Below are positions 1 to 12,705 of a DNA stretch of 64,000 nt, in pieces. The translations under genes were made by a program, and so were the position numbers. Source of the stretch: Camelus ferus (Eukaryota). Within the stretch, counting starts at the first letter, position 1. Each line of letters opens with the position of its first letter. The notes under the pieces are model-generated. The model did no database searches and was not told the DNA's origin. It saw only the letters and a program-made list of their open reading frames with translations. Location: contig NC_045696.1 in assembly GCF_009834535.1 (NCBI RefSeq), positions 4,218,001 to 4,282,000 on the forward strand. Direction: 5' to 3'.

Positions 1-59
1 GCCCTCTGCACCTTCCCCGTGCACTGTCTCCAGTCGAGACCTTTGCTGCCATAGCTGTA

Positions 60-420
60 ACTTTTATGTCTACTTGCCTACTCACCCCTCAACTGGCATC
101 TCAAAGGTAACATCTGAAAACCTGAACTCTGGAAATCCCCTGCCCCCACCCAGATCTGCTCTCCTCTCAAGGTCCTGTGTCTCAGTAAGTCCATGACTCA
201 CCCAGTTACTCAGACCCCAGGGCACTGGTCAGTAACTCTTACCCTACCTCAAAGCCCTGGCCAGAGTCTGCAGGGCTTCCTCTGAAACTGAACCTGAATC
301 TGACCACACCTGCCATCTCCATCACTGCTCCCCTGGTCCTCTTCTCTCAGGAGCTACTGCAGGGGCCCCTAAGTGGCCCCAGGATGCCATCTTTTCAAAG
401 TGATCATGTCACTTTCTGCC
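60..420 (+). mobile_element. L2 fragment
   Basis: ggcatctcaaaggtaacatctgaaaacctgaactc; gtccatgactcacccagttactcag. Confidence 0.65.
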
Positions 421-3339
421 AAAGAGAATTTCCCAAGTAGGCAGCATGACAGAGGTAGGGTGGTTTCCTCAGTAAGAGAGAGAGACCATCACAATCAGAG
501 AGGATGCAGCATCACCAGAGGAGGAGTCTGACCCGTGCGGGGACCATTTCTGGCACGTTCCATGCAGTGTTCAATACACACAGGGTGTGGCCCTTGAGAT
601 TCCCCTAGAAGCAGAAGTCTTTGGGGAAATGAGTCAAAACTTAAAGCAATCAGCGGGCAAATCAATTATCATGTCAGGAATAAAAATCTCTGTTTAACAG
701 CCAAGTGTTCAAAGTTAGGGAGTTAGGAGAACAGAGTGGCTTAAGAAGACAAAATGGCAAATATTTTTTTAAAAAGTTAAAAAAAAAATAAAGTGCAAAA
801 TAAGTAGGAAAAAGGGACATTCTTGTAATGATTAGTCCTAAAGGGCAAAAGCATCAAGAAAGACTTGGAGGAAAAAGCTGAGATTCTCCAAGCAGCCAAG
901 AATTCTAGGACTTGCGGCTGGAGGGTGAGGGGTGGTGGTTTTGGGGGGAGCAGCAGGGAGGGGCTGCCCTGTGATGACCGAAGGAGAGGATGCTGTGTAG
1001 GGGGCAAGGTGAGGATGGGCCTGGCAGGGCAGAGCGCTGGGCATCAGGACTGGGAAGCACAAGAACAGTAAATCTGAGCAGAAAAGGCAACCAGGCGTTG
1101 TGCTGCAGAAAAGGTCTGCGATCAAACTGACACACGAAGAAGATGACGGTCATTGCACTTGCCACTCACAGGGAGATGAGCAAGGACCCACTGGGGCGGA
1201 ACCTGGAGTCATTGGTCCCCACTGGACATCAAGAAGCGGCCGTACCCAGGGGCCGGTTCCAGTGGTTAGAACCCTGCACTGACTGGCACATCTGCCTGTC
1301 AACCCCTCTTCAAGACAAGGGCTCATTCTAGTCTTCACTGTATCCTTGGCACCTAGTACGTGCTGGGCGCACAGTAGGGCCTCAGTAAACATATGCTAGA
1401 TTGATGAATGATGCCAAGCTTGGTCGGTGTGATGAAACAGACAACTGCTCCTGAGGGTCAACATCAACCAGGGTAAGGTGGCAGATGTACTCAGCTGCCG
1501 CCGAAACATGTGCACTTCGGGCTCTGTAAGCAGGGACCAGGTACGTGTGCGCACACACAGACACCACCTCTGAGTGAACAAATTTCATAATAAAACCCCC
1601 CAAATTGCCAAATACAACGCAACCAATGACACTGATGCAAACACCATGCAAACTGTTTGTATCTTTCCCCCGTCCTCTGTGTGTCCTCGCTGACTTCCAA
1701 TAAAAATTCCAGACTGCAAATTCTGCACCACGACGGGAAAGCTTCAGTGTTGCTGGTTCTCAGAATAAAAATGCCTGCCTTAAAACCAAAATAGCACAAA
1801 GAGACAAAGCCGTGGTACTGAGACTGAAACTATGTTACGTTTTTAGGATTATGTGGAAAAAAACCCCAGAATCTGCCTGGGGGCTGGGGCTGGGGCTGGG
1901 GGCTGCGTTTTTAAACAAGTCAAACAGGATTCAGCCCATGTGTTTTGGGCAAATAGTGCAGGGGCAGAGACACTGTGTCTTTTGTCATGGCTCTTCTGGG
2001 CACTAGCAATCCTTGGTCCGCCTACTGCTGCTGATGCCCGAGTGCTTCTGGGCAAGGGCCTTGTTCTAAAACGCTGGTGATAAGCAGGCCTGATCGCTGC
2101 CCTGGATGCTAGGAGGGCTTCAGTTGGGCGGAAGTGCGGTGCTGGGAGGGCGCCCGCAGCACTGCCCCCGTGGGGTATCGCTGGGGATGCGGAGCTGGTG
2201 GGCTTCTCCCCAGGTGATGGTTCACAACTGCCTGTCACGATGAATAAGAAATCAGGAAAACAGAGGGGAAAGCAGATTTTTAAAGACTGAAAATGTGGAC
2301 ATGTCAAAGTCAACCCAAAAAATATCTACAGTCTCATAAGTGAGAACAGAACTGGATTCTTATGCAGAGATATGCAAATTAAATGCAAAACTGCCAACCC
2401 TCCCTCATTATACGGTTACACTCACCCAGTGCTCGTCCTAAAAGGGGCTGACGGTCCCCAGTGAACCTTCAGCTCTGATGGCTGCTGCCTGCCCTGGACG
2501 TAGTAACCGATCTCCCCCTGAACGCCTGCCTCCTCCTGCTTCTTCTGAGTCCCTGCCTCCGCTGACCAGCACACATGCCATTTACTCTCCAGTCCACAGT
2601 CACCTGTGTCCTCAGGCTGGGTTGTAACTTCCGTTACAAACTATTGATGAAATAATGTCCACATTTTGCTCTTCGACTGACCAAAATTTAATCACCAAGA
2701 GCACATTATTTTAAAGATGCTGAAAACACATCACTCTAATAACATCACTCTATGCTGGGTTGTTCATCCAAGGATACTGCAGGCTTCCAAAAATGCCTTT
2801 GGCAGGGATTACTATTTCTCCTTTACAGTTAAAGAGACAGACAGAAAGGGCTAAGTGATTTGCTCAAAGTTACAGTGTGAGTCAGGAGCAGTGCTGAGAA
2901 TATAACTCAAGCCTCCAGCTCTCAGCATATGTGTCCTCTGTTGGGCTGTATTTCTCCTAAAGCTTTCAATCCTTTCCCCAACAACTCTCCATTTCTGGAA
3001 CATACTTCTCCACCCATAAAGTTGAGAACAGGGAAGAGGCAATATTATCATCTACCTTTTTCTTCCAAAATGGTTCCTCCCTCCCTATCCCCCAACCCCA
3101 CTCCTTTATCCCAAATTCACCAAACTGCAACCAAGACACATTGCTCTCCCACAAACACCATCACATGGCTGTGTGAGGGAAGGAAATCTCATGACTGTCA
3201 TCTTCAAGGAATTAATAATTTAATGGAGGAAGAAATAAAAGTGTATGTGTGTGTATATAAAGAAAAAAGACGTCAAATGAAAAAGGCAACAGCATAAAAT
3301 TATACCCTAAAGATATGATTCCACGCCAGAAGAGTAAAC

Positions 3340-3900
3340 TAGGAGACACGCATTATGACTTTGAAGGGCGAGCTCACAAATGGGTCATTCTCCTCAGCGG
3401 ATGTTCAACAAAGAGGGGTTGTTTGAATTGGGTCTTAAAGGATGGGAAGAATTTAGACACGCAGATGGAGTGGGGAGGAGACAGCATTTTAGGCAGAGGG
3501 GTTGGTGGAAGCAAAGGTTAGGAGATGGAGGCGGCACCCAGAGCTGGAGAACAGCCACCAAGAATGGACGGTCAAGGGCAAGCAGGAAATATGTTGGAGA
3601 GCCAGGAGGGATCCCATGAGGTCACTGAAAGCCACACTGGCCAATGAGGCCTCCGGGGTTTAAGGAGCGGGGCTGAGCGTGCTGCGGCTTAGGAAGATGA
3701 ATCTGGGAATAGTTTCAAAAGGAAGAGGGGGGGTGGCATGCATGGAGGACACACTAGAGGGTCCTGAAATGGTAGTGGGTGGGGGGCATGGAAATGGAAA
3801 GGAGGGGGATGTAGTGAGACGTGTGACTCAAGAAGATGGAATTTGGTCTATTTGACCAGATGCTTAGGATGAAGGAGGAGTTGATGATCTACTGAATATG
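3340..3900 (-). mobile_element. L2 fragment
   Basis: Purine-rich reverse L2 pattern (tttgaattgggtcttaaaggatgg; ggaaatggaaaggaggggga). Confidence 0.55.
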
Positions 3901-3975
3901 GAGAAAAAAAAGTCATCTCTGAGAATCCAGTTTTAATCTTCACTTAGAAATAAATCAGAACTAAACATATATGGG

Positions 3976-4487
3976 TGTGACTGTAGATACTGCAAAAATG
4001 CGCTCAATTCTTTATGTTTCTGTGGACCCACACCCTTGTGATGTGACTCTGCAGTTCTTTCCATGGAGGGGCGGCATCTATCTTCTCACCTTGGGAGTCT
4101 GGGCTGCCCTCGCCTGATTTTGGAAACACCATGTAAGAGATGGTGGCCAGTGCCAGGTCTAGACTTCAGGGACCCCTGTGTGTTTCTTCTTTCTCCCAGG
4201 ACTCTCCCAGCACTGTGCGAGCCAGCCGGTGCATGATGAGAGCCAATGGCCCCATCACGCTATCAGCCGAGCCACCAGATATGCAACTAAGGCCATCTGA
4301 GACCATCCTAAACCGAGACCAGCCTATCCCTGGCCAACTACCAGCTGCCCAGAGACATGTGAGCAAGCCCACTGAGGCCAGCAGACCTGCCCAGACTCGG
4401 AGCAGAAATAAAGCTCACAGATTAAAATAGCCAGCTTTCGAGGTTGTTTGTTACACAGCATTCTCGTGGCAAATGCTCTCTAATACA
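3976..4487 (+). mobile_element. Older MaLR LTR (MLT1F/G/H-like) ending 94 bp from the exon 7 donor
   Basis: cacacccttgtgatgtgactctgcagttct...; 3' end ggttgtttgttacacagca...ctaataca. Confidence 0.7.
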
Positions 4488-4580
4488 GGTGCAATATCCC
4501 AATATGCCCATCTTGCATGAAGTGCTTTACTTTTGCACGGTCTGTGTTAGAAAGAGAAAAGCACAAATCCAAGTTCATAC

Positions 4581-4730
4581 CTGAGGCAGGATAGTTAGAC
4601 GGAAGGATCTGCTGGAGTTCTCGTCTCTCAGGTAGATGGAGATTTTGGGGAAGTAAGACCAAGGTGTATCAGAATTTGCCCAGCATGCCAGCTGGGACCC
4701 AGTCCAGAAACCATCAGAGAATTCTGGAAT
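4581..4730 (-). CDS. BACE2: BACE2 exon 7 (IPEFSDGFWTGSQLACWANSDTPWSYFPKISIYLRDENSSRSFRLTILPQ)
   Basis: Manual translation; acceptor TTTTGTCTAG|ATT, donor CAG|GTATGA; 150 nt. Confidence 0.98.
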
Positions 4731-4939
4731 CTAGACAAAACAAGATCATGCGACAAACAATGACTAGTCTGGCACATCAACAGGAAGCAGCTCTCAGCTC
4801 TCCTCGTCACCTCGCCAGATGCCCACAGCGATAAACAATGCTTAATTTGGACAGCGAAGCGGAGACATCAGTCCTCTGGAAGAGTGATGGTGATGACAAA
4901 AATCACAATTACTAAAATTACTGAGACATGCGGAAGACT

Positions 4940-5110
4940 TACTGGTATTAGGCACTGCTATAAGCACTTTGCAGCAATAATTACTTTAATCCTCAAACAC
5001 CCGAATCAGTGCAGTAACAGTATCCCCTCCACTTTACAGATGAGGAAACCAAAGCACAGAGAGGTGAAGTAACTTGTCCAAGGTCACACAGCAGTAGGCA
5101 ATGACCTCTA
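4940..5110 (-). mobile_element. MIR SINE
   Basis: Core tttacagatgaggaaaccaaagcacagagaggtgaagtaacttgtccaaggtcacacagc. Confidence 0.85.
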
Positions 5111-5764
5111 AAGAGAAGAGAGACCAGATCTTCAGTGTGGCTGCTTATCACCTCTCCTCTGAATTCCCTGAGCCCAGCGAGTTTCCTCCTGTGTGCATTC
5201 TCTGTTCTCCTGGACCATCTTTCTCCTCCTCCAGATCTCAGCTCTGATGCCACCTTGCCCAGGGAACCCTCCTTGGCTGCCCCAAAATATGCTGGTACCT
5301 CACCATGCAGCTCTCCTCCTTGGCCTTTCTCCTTGCAGCAGCTATAATTCTACATTCATTGGTGTAATTGGTTAGCTTTTGTTTCCTGCACTCGAATCCG
5401 AATCCTCTAAGGACTCAGGTCTGCTGTCCGTCACCCCATTCCCTTTCCATAGTCCTAACCGCAGCCCACAGGAAACACTCAGGTAGTGTTTGTAGGGGAA
5501 AAAAAAGAATGGCCAAGAACACAGAATGTCCACCTGCCCCTCTCATCAGGGGGCTAGGAGTGCGAACTAGCTTGTCCACTAGTGGCTGAATCTGCAAGTT
5601 TTTACGTGTTGCTGCTGTGCCAGCTCACCAAGCCCAGGGAAGTCTCCCGAGCAGACCTGCCCTGTGCCTGCCGGCTCCCAGACGCAGGGGCTGTGTTGAA
5701 TGTGCCTCTTTGAACACATGCTGCACAGAGCCCTGCTCAGGTCGGAACTAAAGGAGCATGAGTT

Positions 5765-5915
5765 GGGGGGGAGCCAGGAAAGCAACGTGATGGGCGGAGC
5801 TAGGAAGGCGTGTGATGGGCGGGGCTAGGAGAGCACGTGATGGGGCGGGGCTAGGAGAACACGATGGGTGGAGCTAGGGGAGCACGGGATGCGGGTGTGG
5901 GCCGGAGCTAGAAGA
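5765..5915. repeat. Degenerate ~25 bp G-rich minisatellite, 5-6 units
   Basis: Units such as GTGATGGGCGGAGCTAGGAAGGCGT, GTGATGGGCGGGGCTAGGAGAGCAC, GTGATGGGGCGGGGCTAGGAGAACAC. Confidence 0.85.
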
Positions 5916-7735
5916 CTACTGACTGGGAGGCAGTGCTGTCCCTCAAGGTCCCTGAGGAAGAAGCACACGAGCTGAGCTGAGGGGCGGGTGGGCGTCAGGG
6001 AGACGTGGTGGGGGCGGGTGGGCAGAGCAGGGAACCTGCCCCGCTGGACAACACGATGACCGCCAGGGAGGCTGGCGCTCAGGACAGGAAGGGGCGGGAG
6101 GTGAGGCGGGGAGGGACGCACAGGCACCATCATGCATCCACCCGAGATCATTTATCAGGGATCTGAGTTCGGCAGCACGTTGTGGGTGATGAAGGCGCCC
6201 ACGTGGTATTTGTGTCTGTCACTGGTTCTCTGAGTCTGACCTCCAGGGAGTCGGCCCGGGCTGGACAGACACATTTGAGAGTCAGTGACCCGGGGTGGGA
6301 AGCGATGGTTTAGCCGAGGATGGGGTTGCTTAGGAGAGGCTACAAAAAGAAGAGAGGGGCGTAGGCCCCACCCTGAGAAACGGGCCGGCCCGCAAAGGAG
6401 ACGTCCCCCTCCCCCACAAGAGGAGCAGGGACCGGAAGAAGTCCGGGAGGAGGGTGCTTCGGAAGCGGAGAGAAGAGGTAAGTCAGGTAGGCAGGGCTGC
6501 TGCGGAGGTCGAGGGGGACAGGAACTGGTGTCTCTGGATGAGTATGAGTGAGAGCTGCCTGCTGCGGGGCCGCAGGGCAGGTGCTGCCTCCCTGCCGGGG
6601 GCGGATGACGGGGAGAAGGCGCCCTGCGGGCTCTTCACCCATCCTGGGTTCTCCACTGAAACTGTCACTGCTGATCTGTGAAGTCTCTAATGCTGGCCTT
6701 AATACAGCTCCACCTTTTATAAGCATTAAGTAGGTCTGAAATATGCATCACAGGGAAGAACCCCTTGCGGGATGAGTTGGTAAGCGGTGGGGCAGTCATT
6801 TTGCTGGATTCCAAGAAGAGCTAAGTGTGGTGGGCTCAGAGCTCAGATTCCCAGATGAAGAATGAGGCTCAGAGGGGCCAAGTAATTTGCCTAAGGAGCA
6901 CAGCTCAGGACTGGATGGGGGACCATCTGGAAGACCTCCCTGGGGGCTAAGCTTCATGCCCTGGGGGGACAGTTTTGACACTCGGATCACAGTTTAACGT
7001 CAGAAGTCAGCTTTCAGAAGGTGTCATCCTGCTCCAGGGTTTTACAGATGGAGAAGGGTCCTGAGCCACGAGGGTGCCACAGCTGGGTAGGAAGGGAACC
7101 CAGATTCCCACCAAACACAAAACTCCCTGCCAGGTACAGCTCAAGATACAGACCAGTAAACCATTCATTTCTAAAATCCCATCTGAAAAGTCCAGGCCCA
7201 GAGTCAGAGCCCAATATCTGTACTGCGTTTAACTCCCCGAAGCCACTTCTTTCCTAACTAGAAAAAGAAAAAAAAAAACAACCCAAGCCAAGAGAACTGG
7301 TTGAGATGACGCCAGCAGAGAGAGAACAGGAGCATCTTTGGTCCATCACACGATGAGACAGAGACAGCACCCACCCTCGTGGAGCCCCCTGCCCAAGACA
7401 GACAGCCTCTCCAGGCTTCTCCTTCCTGATGCAGGCACTGAAATCAGAGGATAATTTTAGACAAGGCAAACAGATTTCATCATCTTGTTCCTTCTACCTC
7501 GTGCTTTTTTTTTTTTTCTTCACAAAGTCAGTCACTGCTGAACACATGCTTCGCTGACCTCAGAAGTGCTGGCACCCCTCTGCCACAGACCCCCATCCCA
7601 CTGAAGTCCCAGACTCTGCCCAGGCCCGGGCTGGTCATGGGCTTGTTGGAGTTCCACACTGATGCTGTAAGCAAGCATGCCCTTGGGATGGTTGTAAAAC
7701 ATTGATAGCTTGGAATATTTAATTGGAAGATGCTC

Positions 7736-7808
7736 TGGCTGAACTACAACGGTGTACACCAGAAACTGACACATTGTAACTGACTATACTTCAATTTAAA
7801 AACATTCT
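7736..7808 (+). mobile_element. ~73 bp extreme 3' end of L1
   Basis: tgtacaccagaaactgacacattgtaactgactatacttcaatttaaaaa; TSD GAAGATGCTC at 7726-7735 and 7809-7818. Confidence 0.8.
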
Positions 7809-9198
7809 GAAGATGCTCATGTTAATTTTGCTGAGGACCTTTTTAATATCGGAGAAAACCAGCCTATTGCTTTGCATTTCCAGCACCGTCTGCTTTTCAG
7901 CCAGTGTTCTAAATTTAAGGAACTAAAAAAGTTACCTGTCTTTTTTTTTTTTTTTCCTGATTCAGCAGATATCAGACAAGACAGCAGTTGGCTCTGGCTT
8001 TTTGGTCCACTGCTCTCTTGAGCTTTTAGTTCACGGAAGACCTCGGTGTTGCCTCGTCTTGATTTGCCCCGCCCTCATCCTTTGATTCGCCTGCTGCTCG
8101 GCCCACAGCCGTTTTAGACTTTTGAGGTTTTGGCCAGGGACGACCACAAGCCCACTCTTCCTCCCCTCGTCCCCTGTAACATAGCACCTGTAACAAAGCA
8201 ACCGCTGTGCATCTTCTATCAATTGTTCTTTGAATTCGGCCAGCCCAGTGGAGTAGTGGGACTGTCAGCACCAGGATAAAGACTTCATGCAGGAAACACT
8301 CAGTTTGGTGATCTTGCAAGAGTGGTCCTGCGTGAACAGATGCTCATGAAAGTGCCCAAGAAGCCAAGAGAAATGCTTCTCTTGCGTCCAAGCAAATAGT
8401 AGTAGCACTGTGGTTTGGGTGTTAGGTAGAAGCTCTTCTTAACTGCATGCCCATCATACCAGGCTTTTACCCTCAACCCTCCTAACAACCCTATGATGAG
8501 AACACAGAGGCTCTCGGGGGGCATGAACCCCTCCCAGACACTCAGCTACTACGTGGCAGAAACTAGACCAAATTCCATTCCTCTGCCCCGGAGGCCTTGG
8601 TCCTTCCAATCAGTCAGTATCTTATGGTCCATCCTTTTGCACTGAACTAACTGGAAAGTTGGGGTCACACTGGGAACACTGTTAACCAGGCCCTCAAAAG
8701 GCATGTGGTCCTTGACCATGATTTTAACTGTATTTCAAACCATGGCCATAAAGTAATGATTACATTGGCAGACTGACCTTTGTTTTCTGTGAATCACGTT
8801 CTTTTACAGAAGTAGGAATTAAAATCCCAGCATGGCTTGAATGAAAGTCAAAAAAGGAGTACAATTTTTGGTTTGTTTTAAAGGCTACAAACATATTCCT
8901 GGTTTACTACTTACTTGAATATAGTGTATTACCAAGGGTTTTCCCCCCCCACCTTAGATTAAAAAGTGCTATAGCAACTAGACTATTGCTCGAAATACTG
9001 AAAAGCCTTGCACCTTCAGATCTGAGTCCTCTGAGGTTGAAGTGAAGGCATGACTGGCTGGTTAACATCAAAGAATAAGACTGTGAACTTAATAAGTAAT
9101 AGTTGAAAAAAAACCCCAAATCCTCAGAGGCTGTTAGAATACATGGTAGTACTCCCCAGTATGCGGTCATGACCTGGTGTGACCTCCGAGATTCGTCA

Positions 9199-9318
<120 letters not shown>

Positions 9319-11280
9319 CTAGAACCAGGGAGAGGAGGTGGGGAGAAGGCACGTGAGGGACCTGGCACCCACCTCGATGCACGGCTCTAGCCTGCCATCC
9401 CAGGACATCGGTTATAGACAACCTTGGTGGTCATGGTCCCTCCTTGGTTCACTTCGTATTCTCATAACTTGGGGAGCCAAGGACTCTCCAGCCCAACATT
9501 CTCCCTTCACAGATGAAGAAACTGAGGCCAGGAGAGGGAAGTGATGGGACCAAAATCAACAGCCCTCCTAAGACAGAGCATTGCTCTTATTCAGAGGTGC
9601 CCAGATTCCTTGTCAGGGATCCCCCAAAGACAAAGTTTTATCTTTAGAGGCTGAAATGACACACTAAATGCCATTTATACAAATCATGCAAAATCAACTC
9701 TCTACTCCCCTAATGGAGACACAGGAAGAGGAAGGGCAATTTTTCAATAGACTCTCCCAGATTTGCATTTAGAATGGGACCAAAGCCACGTTCAGGAGGA
9801 GAACCTCGCACACACGCAGGCATTGCCAGCCCTGTCCCCGCCTCAGTCTTTCTTCATGTAGTTGAGTGAGATGAACAGAGGTCAGTGGGCCAATCCCAGA
9901 GAAGCCACTCCAACCTCTAGGGACATAACCATATGAACAAGGCTGCCCAGGAATGAAATGGGTCATGGGCAACTCCATCCTCCTGCTTCCAGGACAAACC
10001 CAGGAGTCATGTGACCAAATACGCCAATCAGGCCAAAATGAAATAAGGATTTGTTTAGGTAGCAGGTGGCAAGAGGGAAGAATTTTGAGAAATTGACATA
10101 GAGCAATTGATTCGTATGCTTTTCAAATGTAAAGCTAACTGCAGTTTAAAAACAAGTTCAGTGTAGATATGATCTAGTTTGTTCACAAAATTATCGCATT
10201 TGTATGTGGAAGAGAAGCTAGCACGCCGAAACGCTGGGACGGGGCATTCTGGGTTGTGTCGTCTGCTCTGCTGGGGTGTGGCTGGTGGACTGGCGGGCAG
10301 GAAAGAAACAAGAATATAGGATCAAACTTCCAAATACCTGCTTATATTCTCCAGCACACCCTCTCACACACACACACATACACGTGGATTTTGTGCTTCA
10401 TTTTAGATTCTCACATTTGATTCTACCACTGGGATTCTGGAATGGCAAATGCCTTTGGACAATAAACACAGATCTGTGGACCCTGAAACAGCACCACAGT
10501 GGAGTGCACCATCACTTTATCAACCTTTGTTGGTTTTTCAGAGGCATCGGTGTCTATGAGAATTTATGGTGCAATGTGATGGTTTAAATGAAAGGAAGTG
10601 ATGGCCAGTAGGAATATAATGAATGCTGATGAAGAGCTGGTGGTTTTATGAACCTTTCTGCAAATGTTGCAGAGGACCAAGGCTCCCTCAGATCATCACA
10701 GTCATGTCATTATGTATCACAGGTCAGCCCAAACCCAGCGGGGGTGCGAACAAGGTTAACGAGAGACGTGATTCACAGCTGTGCATGTCTGCCTCCTTTT
10801 AGCCTCAGCAAGCGTCTTTAGAGTGTAATGTTTCTTCGAGTGAGAACTGTGTACTGGGGGGAATGGGGCGTAGCTGTGAATGGAGGGTAAAGCTGACAAT
10901 TTATTTCTGGTTTCATTTTGCTTGTTTTTAGTCCCCCTTTGTCCCCTCACGTGGACAAAACCCCGCTCACTTCCTCCCCTAGGACAGAGTTCAGGTACCA
11001 TCAGGCCAAGACGATGTAGTTCTAGACAGTTCTCTTCACTCACCATTTGATGCTAATTCTCCCCTATTAAGACAAGCAGTTGGAAGGAAACATTTTGGAA
11101 GGGGAGGTCATTGATGTGAAATTATCTATAAAAAGGCCCTATAGCTTTTAATGTCATCAATCTTTGATTTACCTTGTAATGTAATGTACCCTCTGATTTC
11201 AAATTCAGGTTCCAGCTGTAATATGTAAATGACCCAGGCACACACAGACAGTCGACAGAAGGAGATCACAGTGGAAATAC

Positions 11281-11415
11281 CTCTCTGCAGTCCAGATTAA
11301 GGCTCTGGCCTCCGATTTCCAATTTCAGAATTTCTATCTGATAATACCACTCCTCCTTAATAGGGGTATACCAGATGTCTCCCTTGTACAAAGTTGGTTC
11401 AATTCCACCCAGGAC
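11281..11415 (-). CDS. BACE2: BACE2 exon 5 (VLGGIEPTLYKGDIWYTPIKEEWYYQIEILKLEIGGQSLNLDCRE)
   Basis: Inside ORF 11266..11502; acceptor TTCCCAG|GTC, donor GAG|GTATTT; 135 nt. Confidence 0.98.
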
Positions 11416-12129
11416 CTGGGAAGAAAAGCACTTAGATATGAGAGGAAAGGCATACAGGCATATAGCAAGGTACACAGAGAGGCAAGACTGCACTTGAAGC
11501 ACTTTATTGTGATACTGTAATCGAATACATATGCCTGAAAATTAAACAGGGAGCATTTTGGGGCCATGTATCCAAAAGTCAAAGAGTATTATGCCCCAGT
11601 CTAAGCAAGGTGCTGTGGTGGCTTCCCTCATCTAAGGGAAGTACACAGAATTCCAGCTTTATTATATTGAGGTCCCCACCCTACCCCCCCACCCCCAGCA
11701 AAGAAATGCAATAAGATGGTTAACCACTTAGATCGACTAAAGTTTAATTCCTTAGAAGACAGAGGATGCCTTCCTGCCCCACGCATTTGGCATGGGAGTA
11801 GAACAAAAGAGCTTCCTTAATCAAAACTTCATTTTGCGAAACTGTGTAACGGCACACTCCGCAATCCTAGGCTACCTTCTCCCCTGAAAAAGGGATGAAA
11901 AAAGGTGTTAAGAGTGGGTGTATTGTTAGCGAATGGAAGCAGATGAGAGTGCTTCTCACAGCCGGAGAGCAAAGGGGTCAGCAGCACCCCGCCTGGGGCC
12001 CTTCTTGTACACTCCACCTCCCCATCACCTCCACCTAGCGATGGGAGGGCGCCCATCACTACCTCCTGGGTGCAGGGTCCATCAAGGGGGCCTTGGGCTA
12101 CAGCACGTCCACGGTGTTGACTCTCTTTC

Positions 12130-12131
<2 letters not shown>

Positions 12132-12168
<37 letters not shown>
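12132..12168. repeat. (TG)18 microsatellite
   Basis: Perfect dinucleotide run in intron 4. Confidence 0.95.
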
Positions 12169-12169
<1 letters not shown>

Positions 12170-12576
12170 GAAAGAGAGAGGATATGCAGGTGTCCCTGTC
12201 TCCCCACAAAATTTATGGCATTACAGGCATCCCCGTTACCTCCTCTCCCCAGAGCAGGGTCCTCCTGCCACAGCTCCCACTGTTCCGCAGTGCCCCTCCC
12301 GCACCCAACAGAAACAGTTATCTTTCAAAGGAACATTTGAAAAAAACATTTTAATGGAATTTGGAATCATCTTACTAGACAGCAGGATGATCAGGAAAGA
12401 GAAAAATAACACCTCATTTTATCCCTTTTATAAAGGCTCTATAACCAAGATTATCGAAATTTTGCAGAACCTTTGTATGCCGACATGTCTAATATTTCTA
12501 TCCGGGTCTGAATAAAGCAGAAAAAACTGCCCACTGATTTGTGATTTTCCCCCCTTTAAGACTAAAAGATACCCAC

Positions 12577-12705
12577 AAGACTACCTCCGTTGGTACCAGA
12601 TCCGGCTACCGGCAACCCAGCCCCGCACATCTGCATGGAGAAAACGTTGGGGATTTTTGCTTGTGCCACGAGGGAATCAAAGAACGTCTCCAGAGAACTT
12701 GACGG
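12577..12705 (-). CDS. BACE2: BACE2 exon 4 (PSSSLETFFDSLVAQAKIPNVFSMQMCGAGLPVAGSGTNGGSL)
   Basis: Inside ORF 12562..12819; acceptor CCCGCAG|CCG, donor CTT|GTGGGT; 129 nt. Confidence 0.97.

Noticed and set aside
1..4580. BACE2 exons 8 and 9
   Set aside because: No LYIQPM/CYRFGIS-like coding sequence found on the minus strand; they probably lie beyond the window edge.
5765..5915. CRISPR-like array
   Set aside because: Head-to-tail degenerate units with no unique spacers, in a mammalian intron.
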